This document shows positions 12,870 to 23,907 of a stretch of DNA of 34,239 nucleotides, one piece after another. A program made the translations under genes and the position numbers. The notes below the pieces were generated by a model. It was given only the letters and a program-made list of their open reading frames with translations, did not search any database and was not told the DNA's origin. Every line of letters begins with the position of its first letter. The stretch's first letter is position 1. The stretch comes from Mesotaenium endlicherianum (taxonomy: Eukaryota). The stretch covers positions 251,712-285,950 of the forward strand of contig WELA01003378.1 in assembly GCA_009602735.1 (NCBI GenBank), written 5' to 3'.

Positions 12870-14308
12870 TTACTGACTGTTGTTGTCTGTTAAAGGTTGG
12901 TTCTTTCTCTTGCCCTTTGACAAGTGCTTGACTGGACACTGCTCTCTGTAGTGACCCAGTTGCTGGCAATGGTAGCGAATAGATTTTGCTGAGGCTGGTC
13001 TCGGGTTAGTCCTATTACCACCTCTTCCATAGCCATCTCTATAGTAACCACCTCTCCCTCTAGACTATATAGCGTTATTCTCATACTCATACTCATCACC
13101 CAGATTGGCCTCAGCCTGGTCTCCTTTAATTGCATTGTAGAAATTATGTGGGTTTTTGACAATCTTAGACACCAAAGCATTACTTTGGCGCTTGTGATTG
13201 ACTTGCTGCTGATCCCAGGCATCAGCGTCTTGGATCAAGTCAGCCAATTTTTCATACTTCTTTTCAGCAAAATGACTTGAGACTTCAAATTTCAAGCTAT
13301 ACTTGAAGTATACTATCCTACACCGTTCTGGCACGTGTGGCTGCTCATCATGTTCTCCTGGGACGTTTGAGCAAACTCAGCAACTGAAGTGGTTTGCTTC
13401 AGTGTCAAGAAGGTCATTGCATAGATAGCTTTCTCTTGCTGATTGATGACATCAAACTTCTCATGCAGTTTCTCGACAAACTCTACCCAAGAAGGGTCAC
13501 CGGGCTGCTAAGCCTTACGCTCTCCTTTCCACTACAGCCACCAGTCTGCTGCACTGCCTTTCAGTAGAGCACCAGTGTGCCTGACTTTCTCGTAATCCCG
13601 TAGTCCTCCAGCCACTGCTCAATATCAGCGAGAAACTTGATCACGTATTACTTTTTGTTTCCCTCAAGATCATAGCCTTCGGGAGGTTTTGGCTTAGGTT
13701 TACTAGGCCCTCTACCACCACCACCAGTTGTTTGAGAACCAAGTTGGTCTGTGTCACGCAGCAATGCCATCATAATCCCTTTGTCCTCAAGGTTAGGACT
13801 GATACATGCTCGCCAATTGTGATTGCATCTGCACAAATAATGCTCTCAGATCTACATTATGAGGTGGTAGCCCAACAAACGCAGCAGCAACATTAGCTCA
13901 AATAGTAGCAGCTTCGGCATTCCCAATTGCTACTGCTCCGGCTATGCTTGTTGCGCTTAACTGTCTGCGAATTTGAGCAAGAGGTATGACAATGGGCACA
14001 GCAGGAGATTGGTTTCGGAGATTGGCCCTTTCTGCCATCTGCTCTTCCACCGTCCTTTCATCAGGAGCCCTCCTGTTTACTGCCTCCTCTACCTCTTTGG
14101 CTAAACGCTCATCCTCTGCCAGCTAGACTGCTACTGCAGCAAGAGCTGCTGCCTGCTCAGCAGCTTCTCTAGCTCCTGCATCGTGCAACGTTTTTTAGTA
14201 GGTAGGGGGTCCAAAGACGCGACTTTTGTCCTGCCCTTCTACAATGTTATCATTGTCCTCGCCCTTTATTTCCCAAGAGTTGCTAGCTTGAGACCTAGTC
14301 CTTACCAT
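12870..14308 (-). pseudogene. gag: gag of family A copy 2
   Basis: ATG at 14308 (MVRTRSQ); KPKPKPPEGY; CCHC knuckle; frameshifts and stops. Confidence 0.9.
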
Positions 14309-14328
14309 TCACGACTACTGTGATAACT

Positions 14329-14340
14329 GCTCCGATACCA
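14329..14340 (-). promoter_or_regulatory. PBS, tRNA-iMet type (TGGTATCGGAGC)
   Basis: 1 nt from the LTR end. Confidence 0.9.
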
Positions 14341-14341
14341 C

Positions 14342-15075
14342 TGTAATGAATCGACTTACCAATAGCCGATTATCAATCAATAAAGATTTCTATATCAGCT
14401 AGTAATCTTCATGGTAGTTTTTGTTAATCGATTCAACAGCAAAAGACAACACACCAACAGTGAACAATACTCGCAAGTTAAATGCAAGTAAACTAGCAAC
14501 AATATTGCAATCAATAAACTCATACATAAGCAGGATTAGAAGACAGTGCGCATCAATGGCTTCTCTCCTTGGATTCAGATATCTCTCAGTAAGCAGTACA
14601 AGAGACTTGGCCTCGTTTCCGAATCCCGAACTCGAGAGCAATGCCTAGCATATGTACATGGAATGAGTTTACTGTTTTAACGGCAAGTGCGATGGCACCG
14701 CCTACACGGGAGCTAACCACGTTGGTAGGACCTCGGCTATAACCAAATCCACAGCCATCTCCCATCATCCCAAATCGCCATCCACCTCAGGGGTGTCATC
14801 TGGCCACTCATCTAGCACACCACACTTTGATGCATAGCTAGGTAATTTGCTGCTGCCGAGTACGGCAGTCAGCTGACCGTCAAATAATGTGTCAGCAAGC
14901 TGACCGAAGTCAACAGGCTGACCTAATTGACTTCAGCCTGCTGCTCTCAACTGAGTCATTTAACTTAGTATCAAATATCCAGCAGACTTAATATTAACTA
15001 AAGTTTAGCAGGCTTAACTTATTTGACTATCGTTCAAATGAATATTATATTTATGCAATATACTGATTCATTACA
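14342..15075 (-). repeat. 5' LTR, family A (734 bp)
   Basis: tgtaatgaatc...gattcattaca perfect 11-bp terminal inverted repeat; right flank CTACC. Confidence 0.95.
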
Positions 15076-15648
15076 CTACCCTGGAGCAAGAATGGGACAT
15101 GTACTTGACCCCCTTGGAGTTTGCCTACAACAACACTACGCAGGCCTCTACTCAAGAATCCCCATTCTTCCTCAACTATGGCTTTCATCCGACCACGAAT
15201 TTGAGCTTCACGGCTGGCCATGATGAAGTACCTGCAGCAACAGATTCTTTGGAGACATTAGAAGCAGCCCTTGCAGCAGCCAAGAAACCTCTACAAAACT
15301 CGCAAGATGCTCAAGCAAGAGTGGCAAACAGGTCTAGAAGAGAAATTACGTACAGAGTGGGTAACACGTGTTATCCAATAATATTTCCCTGAATAACAGG
15401 CCTGCCGGCAGCAAGTTCTCTCCCCAAGTTTTTGGGACCCTTCAAGATTATCCAGCAAGTCGACTCCGTTGCTTTCAAGCTAGAACTCCCCCCGACTATG
15501 CACATCGACCCCGTATTCCACGCTTCCTCCTTCAAGCCATATGTGGAACCGGACAACAAGTCCCCAGGACGAATGACAACCCGGCCAGCCTCAACAATAG
15601 TGAATGATCATTTGGAGTATGAAGTGGAAGACATATTGGCTATGAGAG
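15076..15648 (+). pseudogene. Chromovirus integrase C-terminal fragment of another element
   Basis: EWDMYLTPLEFAYNN..ASTQESPFFLNYGFHP; FLGPFKII..AFKLELPPTMHIDPVFHASSFKPY; chromodomain start EYEVEDIL, then truncated. Confidence 0.88.
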
Positions 15649-15982
15649 CAGTCCCATTTGACCATTCTGGCGATGGTGGAGTGTATGATGGGTTAGTATC
15701 CCACCTGCTAATATCCACCTCCAGGGCCTGCCCATTCTCTGTGTCCATTCTCCACTTCCATGGAACTTGAATCAGAGGTGATATGCCTAGTTATGGAATA
15801 CGAATACGTGGTATTCGTATTTCCAATCCGTACAGGCGTTATTCGGCAGCGGTCAACATATAACGTGCAAAATACGTGTGTCGATGAATAAACCGACTAT
15901 TAAATTGGTCGCGCATGTAAAAGACTTTAATTGCTTCTGACAGGCTGCCCCAAAATGTATCGTTTAAAATCTAGTCATCAAC

Positions 15983-16120
15983 TTCGTGGCACGGTTATGA
16001 CGGATAGCGCAAATCTAACATACCCTAGCAGATCACTCGCATCATTTGTTGTTCGTGGCACGGCGATGACAGATAGCAAAAATCGAACACATCCTAACAA
16101 CTTACTTGCGTCATCTGTGC
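15983..16120. repeat. Degenerate 69-bp tandem duplication
   Basis: ttcgtggcacgg..atgac.gatagc at 15983 and 16052. Confidence 0.85.
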
Positions 16121-16335
16121 CCTGCCATGACCACCGTCTGAGGCTATTAGCGTACTTTGAGGAGCACTAAGCAACAATCGAGATGATGGTGCGGACACAC
16201 GATCAGTCTGTAGTCTCTGTACTCTGTGAGGCACCATTTCGGCTTCTTTGTCTGCAAGAAGCCGCCATAGATTACTTCTTGTAAATGTTTAACTTTGTGT
16301 ATTAGTCGACGGGAAGACAAACTCTGTAAGTTGAC

Positions 16336-19300
16336 ATGGACACTGATGGCCCTCAGGAAACTTTGGGCTCTCAACCAACATGCAGCAGCGCCTCTCAGCA
16401 AAGAGGCAAAGGCAATCAAGTGGCTGATTCCTTATTTACTGATGAAAGGTCTGAATGGTCTTATGTAACTGTTGTGCCGAACTCTTCAAGGTCACGGAAA
16501 CAAAGAGTTAGATGTTAGTTCTATGATTTTGAGTTAGCAAGCGGTTGCACTAGGATCCGCCTATATCTATCTCATATCCCTCGTCTTGGCATTACTACGT
16601 CTACAAAGGTAGATGCTGATGTTGCAGCTTATATGGCTAAAGTGGTCCGTGAGATGATGTTAAGAAAATAGCTAAGAACAAGGAAGAAGAGGAACTGGCC
16701 TGCGTGAGGGAGTTGCGTCATAAGTCAGCTATGGTAGATTTGTGGGCCAAAAAGAATCATGCAACCTATGTCTCTGGAGGAAGTATCCAAGAAGTTGTTC
16801 AAACCACATTAGAGCAGGCTTTCAATGTTTCTAACAGGACTTTGCAGATCAAGTCATTGCTCGGTTTTTTATGACAATGGGTTGGCATTTAATATTGATA
16901 GTAGCTTGTCTTAGGTAGAAGCCATTAGATTTGTTTTGAAAGCCGGACCTGGCTATGTGCCTCCTAAAATTGATCGCCTAAGAACTTGTCTCTTAGATAA
17001 AGAAGCTGCTGTCACAAAGAAGCGGCTTCTATTGTACGTTGATAGGGCCGGTGTGTATGGGTTCACAATAACCTCGGATGGTTGGACAGATCACACTAAA
17101 AGACCCTTAATTAACTTCATGATATCATCTCCAGATGGAGAGATGTTTGTGAAAGCAGTGAATACCAAGAATATGACAAAGAGTGCTGCATATCTTGCTG
17201 GCTTATTTCGGGAAGTGATAGACAAACTCGGCCCTACCAACATCCTCTAGCTTTGTACTGATTCTGTAGCGGTCTGCAAAGCTGCAGGTACCTTACTCCT
17301 CCTTGTTCTTCATTTATACATCGTTTCTTCCACCTTGTGATTCTTGCAAGCGGTTTTCATTTTTTGGTTTTGTGAATATTGTATCTCAGTGTGCTGTTGC
17401 CAGTTGCTGTATGCTTGTATTTTGCACTTTTTACTTTATTGTCTCAGCTGTCTGAGAGTGCTGTTGATTACACTTATGTGCTCCTATGGTTTGCTTTTGT
17501 AATTGTTGTCGTAGTATGGATCTGTCTGATGGTGTTCTTCGCATTTTTTCTTTTGAAATGTATGTCGGAGTGTGCTACTATGTGCTCCTATCAAGTAACT
17601 TTTTCAGCCTTTGAATATCATGTCTCACTTGTCAAAGAGTGCTGCTATCTGCTCCTTTTTTCAACTTTTAAAATTGTTGTCTTACTGTGGAGCTGTTTGC
17701 TGCTGTTTGCTTTTCTTTTTTGCTTTTCAAATGTATGTCGGAGTGTGCTGCTGTCTGCTTGATATCGACTACTTTGTTCAGCTTTTGAATTTCTTGTGTG
17801 ACCTGTTAGAGAGTGCTGTCGTGTGCTGTTATTTGCTCCTTTCTTAAGCTTTTAAAAGTGTAATTTTGGTGTGGAGCTATCTGCTATGATTTTCTATATT
17901 TGGTTCTATAATTGTTGTCTAAATGTGTTGCTGTTTGTGGCTGTTTGCTCTTTGTTTTTGCGTTTCAAATCTATGTCAGAGTGTGCTGCTGTGTGCTGCT
18001 ATCCGCCATTTTTTCCAGCTTTTGCATTTATTGTTTGAGTTGTCTGAGAGTGCTGCCGGGTGGTGCTATCTGCTCCTAATTATATCTTTTGAAGTCATAA
18101 TCTGAGTGTGGAGCTTTCAACTGCTGTGTGCTTTGCTTGGTCTTAACTTTTGCTGTCTAATTTTGTGTCTGAGTGTGCTGCTGTCAGCTGCTGTGTACTC
18201 GGTTTGCTCTTTATTTGAGCTTTTGATTTTTGTTTATATCTGTGTTGCTGTTAGCTGCTGTGTGCTCCTATTTCTAACTTAGTTCTTAAGTGCTGGTCTC
18301 TGTGTCACGTGTGCAAGGAAACTCATTGAGGCAGAGTACCCGCACATGACATAGACTGCTTGCACTGCCCATGGAATTGATGTGCTTCTGGAGGACATGG
18401 CGAAAGAATCCTAAATCAAGGATTTGGTGGATAGAGGAAAGCAGGTGGTCATCTACATCCGGAACCACCACAAGCCTTTGGCGCTATTCCGGAAAGAGTC
18501 AACGCTAGAGTTGAAGATGTGGTGTCAAACAAGGTTTCTCACAAGTGTCATCATGCTTAGCTGGCTCTACGAGGTAATATGCTCTTGCTCATCTGTAATT
18601 TTTTTACTGCTAGCAGCTGCTAGTTTGTCCCAGCTTGTCTAAATATGTGCCCCTTTATGTTTATGCCTGCTATGCACTTCTTCTTGCTACTGCTATACGT
18701 TTGTGTCATTAACTGTCTGCTGCTATTTTCTGGTGATTTGTGCTGTCTACTGCTGTGTGCTACTATCTGGTGCTGTGTGCTCGCAGCTACTGTCACCTGC
18801 GTGTATGCTGCTGTCTTTGTGCTGGTTTGTGCTCTTTGTTGTTGTGTGCCACTATCTGCAGCTGTGTAATAACGTTGCTGTCTGCTCATGGGTGCTGTAG
18901 GCTGCTGGTGTGAGAAACTATATACAGCTGTTTAGTGCTCTCTCTTCCTGTCTCTCGTTGTGTGCTGCTGTCTGCTAGGGTTTGCTGCTTTCTTATGGTG
19001 TAAGCTGCGGTATTGTGTGCTACTATCTGGTACTGTGTGCATCGTGCTCCTGTTATTTGATGAATGTCGCTTGTTGCTTGTTGGCTGCTGCTGTGAGATG
19101 TGGTTCTCGATCTGTTACTTTGTGCTGCTGTTTGCTGCTGTGTCGTCTGCTGCTGCCTGCCATTGTCATGTTTGTTTGTTTGTCTTCTCACTAATGGTGA
19201 CATTTTTTGTGTTATATGATATACAGATGCAGCAATCTTTGAAAGTGGTGTTGTTCAGGAATGGGTGAAAAGAGCATCTGCGCAGGCTTAATCCTTCCCA

Positions 19301-19621
19301 CAAGAAGGATTGCCTTGCTATGATGGCGGTCATAAATGATGACACCTTTTGGGAGGAGGTGAAGCTGCTGCTAAAGATCACAGAGAAGCTAGTGAAGCTC
19401 CTCAGACATGTTGATGGCAATCAACCTGCTGTGGGTCTTGTTTACAACGCTATGGCGGAGTTGCAAGAGCAAATCAAGAGCATGGATGATGAACTTGCTG
19501 AAGATGAGCTGGACAGGCTGGTGGAGATAGTGGAGACCAGGTGGACCTCCTTTCACTCTCCCATATGTGCTGCTGGTTACATGCTTCATCCATTGTGGCA
19601 AGACACCCTGACATTGGACAT
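16336..19621 (+). pseudogene. hAT transposase pseudogene (BED finger, DUF659-type catalytic region) with two introns (~17288-18316 and 18574-19226)
   Basis: EWSYV..RVRC; GYVPP..RLRT.LLD; TITSDGWTD..RPLINF; CTD; YPH..TACTAHGIDVLLED; TRF; FWEEV..LLRHVDG; RW..FHSPICAAGYMLHP; multiple stops. Confidence 0.9.
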
Positions 19622-19753
19622 GGGGCTAGACCATTTCCATTTTGACCACTTTACCAAATGGAATTCCATTTCGAGCCAAATCGGCCCATTCCAATGGATT
19701 TTGTTCCATTTGAGGCCTCAAATGGATTTTGCTATCCATGGAAAGCAAAATCC
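19622..19753. repeat. Cluster of CCATTT/AAATGG palindromes; candidate DNA-transposon end
   Basis: Palindromes at 19656-19671, 19705-19726 and 19724-19753; starts GGGGCTAGACC where hAT homology stops. Confidence 0.65.
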
Positions 19754-20389
19754 CCCGGCACTCCTCGCCGATCCACTGCGAAAGGGAACTTCGGAATCTA
19801 TTGCTGTGTTTTCCGGCCGTCTGCGGCTAACATGTTGCTATATGTCTTCCACTCTCGATCCGCAGTCCCGAATTCGGATGATTGGTATCATTGTTCTGAG
19901 ATTATGACACAATTTCACGATTCACTCCGACATCCAGCATTATCTCTTAGTTTGATGGTAGTTTGCGTCGGTGAACTGATTCGCGCATTGCGACACTATT
20001 TGAGCCTCCACAATGACATCCGTTATGGGTGGCGTGTCGTTACTGAGGTGGCGGTTAAAAATGTAGTCACTGTGAGTGTTGAATGCCGTTTGTTGTCGTC
20101 CAACGTCGTACGCGTTCGATTAGGGGGGAGCCCGTACGCTGTACATGCAGAGAGCAAGTGTCGGCCAGTGCCGACAATGAAGATGATCTAAGCTCACGTG
20201 AGGCACAGCGTTTGCAAAGATACATGGTATGACGACAATAGCCGAAGTTCTTGCATAGCACTTGGTGCGAACATGGCACGTATTCATCTGATTAAGTAGC
20301 GGATCTTCAACCCGGATGTACGACACCTGCCTTGAAGCTACTCATGTTATATTTGTCTTGCACTGCATTCAGGCCCCCCCATTCAAGAT

Positions 20390-21333
20390 AGCAGCATCCT
20401 ACATTCGCGTTCCTGCCCCCTTTTTCGGAGAGGAGTGGGCGACCCGAAAGCATGGCGGGCACGCTGACACTATCTTCCATGAAGGCTTGTGCTTGGGATG
20501 GAGCTGCATATCTCTGGAGCCATATTCCACCGCCATGGCCAGCGAAATGAAGGCGACTATTACTGAGTGGACGAAGATAGAGTGTCACAATATCACGTAC
20601 CCACAATTACAACGCGTGCTACATTTGAGTGCACGTATGATTTACACAATTACGTATATGCTTTTGTCTTCAAGAACCCTAGGTTGCACAGTGATGCTAG
20701 TATAGAGATTATTAGGCGCTGTAAACTGCCCCACCAGATTTCGGCACAATAGTCCACTGCACTAAGCTAAGCTTGGGTTCTTGGTAAAATCTTGGCTGCC
20801 ATGCATGTACGGCCCCACTCTGATGGGCAAATGGTTTCACCTGAAGAGAGACGACAAAGAAGAGTACCCCTGAAAGTGTGCAGTCTGTTTGCGGGTATAG
20901 GTGGCTTCGAGTTGCATTCTACATCCAGGGGCACGAAATATGTGTCTTTGTTGAAAGTAATTCCCACTGTCAGGCCCTCCTCAAGGAGCACTTTCCTGGT
21001 GTTCAAGTCCATTCGGATGTAGTGAGCATGGGCAGTCTTCCCCCAGGCATCGACCTTATCCTGGCGAGCTTTCCCTGCCAGGATGTGTCGACGAGAGGTA
21101 ACACAGGCGAAGAGGTTGCGTCGTTGAAGCAAACCAATCTCATTGTACACTTGTGGCGCCTCATAGAACAGCAGAGAGTGCCTATCGTTGTTCTGGAGAA
21201 TGTCTCGGGGCTGCTCACGAGGAAAACACAGAGTGGGACTCCCTATGTATCCCATGTCGCTCACAATCTGCACGCCTTGGGTTACAATTGGGCCTGTAGA
21301 GTCGTGCAGTGCCTGTCCTTTGGACAACCCCAA
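20390..21333 (+). pseudogene. C5 DNA cytosine methyltransferase, 5' half (possible N-terminal extension; motifs I-VII and start of VIII)
   Basis: LKVCSLFAGIGGFEL (I); FVESN (II); SDV (III); DLILASFPCQDVS (IV, catalytic PC); VVLENVSGLL (VI); LHALGY (VII); FGQPQ; 1-bp deletion at ~20914; start position uncertain. Confidence 0.92.
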
Positions 21334-22054
21334 TGAAATGAATCGCCCTACCAAATACACAATTTACAATTCATAAAGATCTTTATATCAGCAAGTAATC
21401 TTTATGGTAATTTCCGTTAACTGGTTAAACGGCAAAGGACAACACACTAGCAGTGAATAATACTCGTAAGTCAAATGTGAGTAAACTAGCATCAATAATG
21501 CAAATCAGTAAACTCATACATAAGCAAGGTTAGAAGACAGTGCATATCAATGGCTTCTCGCCTTGGATTCAGATCGCTCTCAGTAAGCTGTACAAGAGAG
21601 TTGGCCTCGTTTCCGAATGCCGAACTCGAGAGCAATGCCTAGCATATGTACATGGAATGAGTTTACTGTTCAACGGTCAGTGCGATGGCACCGCCTACCC
21701 GGGAGTTAACCACGTTGGTAGGACCTCGGTTAACCAAATCCACCGCCATCTCACATCATCCCGAATCGCCATCCATCATAGAAATGTCATCTGGCCATTC
21801 ATCTAGCATACCACACTTAGATGCATATCGAGGCAGTTCGCTGCTACCGAGTACGGAAGTCAGCTGGCTGTCAAAGAATGTGTCAGCAAGCTGACTGAAG
21901 GTGACCTCAGCCTGCTACTTCCGGCCGAGTCATTAAACTGATATTAAATATAAAGTCCAGCAGAGTGATCATTAACTAGAGTTCAGCAAGCTGAATTTCT
22001 TGAACTATATTATTTAAATGAATATTATGTCAATCAATATACTGATTCATTACA
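21334..22054 (-). repeat. 3' LTR (721 bp)
   Basis: TG...CA ends; highly similar to 28246-28975. Confidence 0.97.
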
Positions 22055-22067
22055 ATCCCTCCAACTT
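22055..22067 (-). promoter_or_regulatory. Polypurine tract AAGTTGGAGGGAT
   Basis: Abuts the 3' LTR. Confidence 0.85.
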
Positions 22068-22068
22068 A

Positions 22069-23810
22069 TCATGTTGTCGCCTCGACAACACTAACACAAA
22101 TAACAGCGTGCTGTCCTTTCCGTCCCCATCCTGCTGCCATTAGGATAGGAGATGTCCCTGAGGCTCTATACTCAGGGGAGCCAGACATCGTCCTGTCTTG
22201 GGGTATTCTGAAGCCTGTCAGAGAGGGAGGTTTCGTGTAAGGACCCCGCGGAGAACGCAGTAACGGGGCTGTTTCCTCCTGCACAGTCTGGAGGGAGGCA
22301 GCCTTCTCCTGGGCAGCCCTCAAACTGACAGGTACGTATACCGGCATCCCAGAAGGATGTTGCATGACATGAGCCAAGGGTACATGCCCTTTCTGCGAGG
22401 GAGATGCTGGCAGGCCTCTGGCTATCTCCCGAGCAGCCCTCCTGTCTGCTCTGTCTGACTGGGTCTTCTTGCCTAAAGATGGGGTCTGTCCTCTGGCAGT
22501 CCCCAGCCAAGTGATATCCTTCTCTTCAGCGAGTTGCTGCATGGCCAACCCCGTCTTCTCCCTTATAGGGGATGTGGCAGGCGTCAGGATCACGGCGGGG
22601 CTAGTGTCCTTCTCCTCGCTTTCCTCCTCGTCTTCCTCTGACTCCTCCTCCTCTCCGTCCACGGGTTCCTCTGAGACTTCTGGGGTCTAATCTGTCAGCT
22701 GTTCCAGCTCTTCCCGAGAAAAAGAATATCCTACTGACCTTCCCCTTTTGGGTGCTGGTGGGGGCTGCTGAGCCCGGACCGCATAGAGGTCCTTTTCCTT
22801 CTGCTTACTTGCCCATTTGGCATAAGCGTGCTTCCCTTTGGAGAATGACTCTCGGGCCCTGCTTCTGTCCCCCTCCATGTCCTGGCTCATGCAGTCTCTG
22901 ACTCCATCCAATCTTGGGTCCCTGGCCGCAATGTGAGGGGGCAATACTATGTTCCCCTTTAGGTCTGTCAGGAAATCCTCATCCGTCGCCCTGTCATTCT
23001 GCTGGTCCCTCATGTTGATGGTCATCCACCGCCAATCGGTGGGCTTTTGAAAGAAGGCAGGGTCTGTCCTTTTAAGAGTACAAGGGTACTAGTGCCCTGC
23101 AAAGTCCAGCTGACTGGTTTCCCTGGCCACGAATTCCCAGCTCCTCCTCTCCACCTCCTTGTACATGGCCTTGAACCTGTTATGGGGTGTTGAGTCCTTG
23201 AAGCTGTCCGCGTCCATGGGGATCATCCTCATGACCCTATCTGCCCCCCAGATACCAGGAATCGAGACAGCTCCTGCTTCGTTCAACTGGGCCATTGCAT
23301 TGGCCTCTCCGATGGTATATTTACCATCCTGGCGTAATCGTGGTAGAGGAGGAGCCCTGTGCTAACCTCTATATACTTGTCAAAGTTCTCGGATGTCTCC
23401 CCTTCCTTCAGGAGGATTTCCTTCTGCGACTCACTGCGACTTCTCTGGGCATACTTGAAGGCCTCCTCCAGTAGATCAAAGCCCTTGCCCAACACTGTGT
23501 AGCGGTAGCTGCTGATTCTCCTCTGCTCTTCTTCTTTAGCCTTCTGCTTCCGCTTCTCCTCAGCGTGCCTCTCCTCCTCTGCTTTCTTGACCTCCTCTGC
23601 AGCTCTTCTGTCCATTTCTTCCTGTCTCAGTCTGGCTTGTTCCTCCTCCTCCTTCTTCTTCTGTGCATCCCGCTGTTGTAGGAGTCGTTGTGATTCCCGA
23701 GCGGTGATGGAAGATGATTCGATGTCTCCACGGAATTGCAAGTATTCTGCATGTGCCTCTTCCTCCCTTCTCTTCCTCTTGAGTTCCGACTTTTGAGTCA
23801 TCCTGCTCAA
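22069..23810 (-). pseudogene. Extra ORF3 (~580 codons), unknown function; one frameshift (~23320) and two stops (23089, 22687)
   Basis: ORF pieces 23283-23810, 23089-23295, 22687-23025 and 22069-22662 join using the copy at 6875-8039 as a guide; the final stop lies 1 nt before the PPT. Confidence 0.85.
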
Positions 23811-23907
23811 TCATAAACACAATGCAGTTAGAGAACTTAGAGGTGAATTTTGAGTCTCTGTCTGAGATGATATTAGAAGGGAGCCCATGTTGGCATACTA
23901 CATGGTT

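Larger units (their letters stand above)
8431..12894 (-). pseudogene. pol: pol (PR-RT-RH-IN-chromo), degenerate, interrupted by a solo LTR at 9679-10422
   Basis: [67 protein letters not shown]. Confidence 0.93.
6875..15075 (-). mobile_element. Ty3/Gypsy family A copy 2 (diverged and degenerate): 5' LTR, PBS, gag, pol with chromodomain, ORF3
   Basis: Colinear homology with 21334-28975; many stops and frameshifts. Confidence 0.93.
15786..19621 (+). mobile_element. hAT-superfamily DNA transposon remnant, 3'-truncated
   Basis: Transposase motifs (next feature); hairpin and tandem repeat upstream; left boundary is approximate. Confidence 0.75.

Noticed and set aside
3741..15075. A single intact LTR element bounded by these two LTRs
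   Set aside because: No TSD (AGTGG vs CTACC), unrelated flanks, and internal homology breaks between 4510 and 6874.
17379..19268. Hydrophobic Cys/Leu-rich 'membrane protein' ORFs
   Set aside because: Translations of TG-rich low-complexity introns of the hAT gene.
19622..19753. CRISPR-like array
   Set aside because: No constant repeat-spacer periodicity, and the context is eukaryotic TEs.
22069..23810. ORF3 as an envelope gene
   Set aside because: No hydrophobic signal or transmembrane segment; the protein is highly charged.
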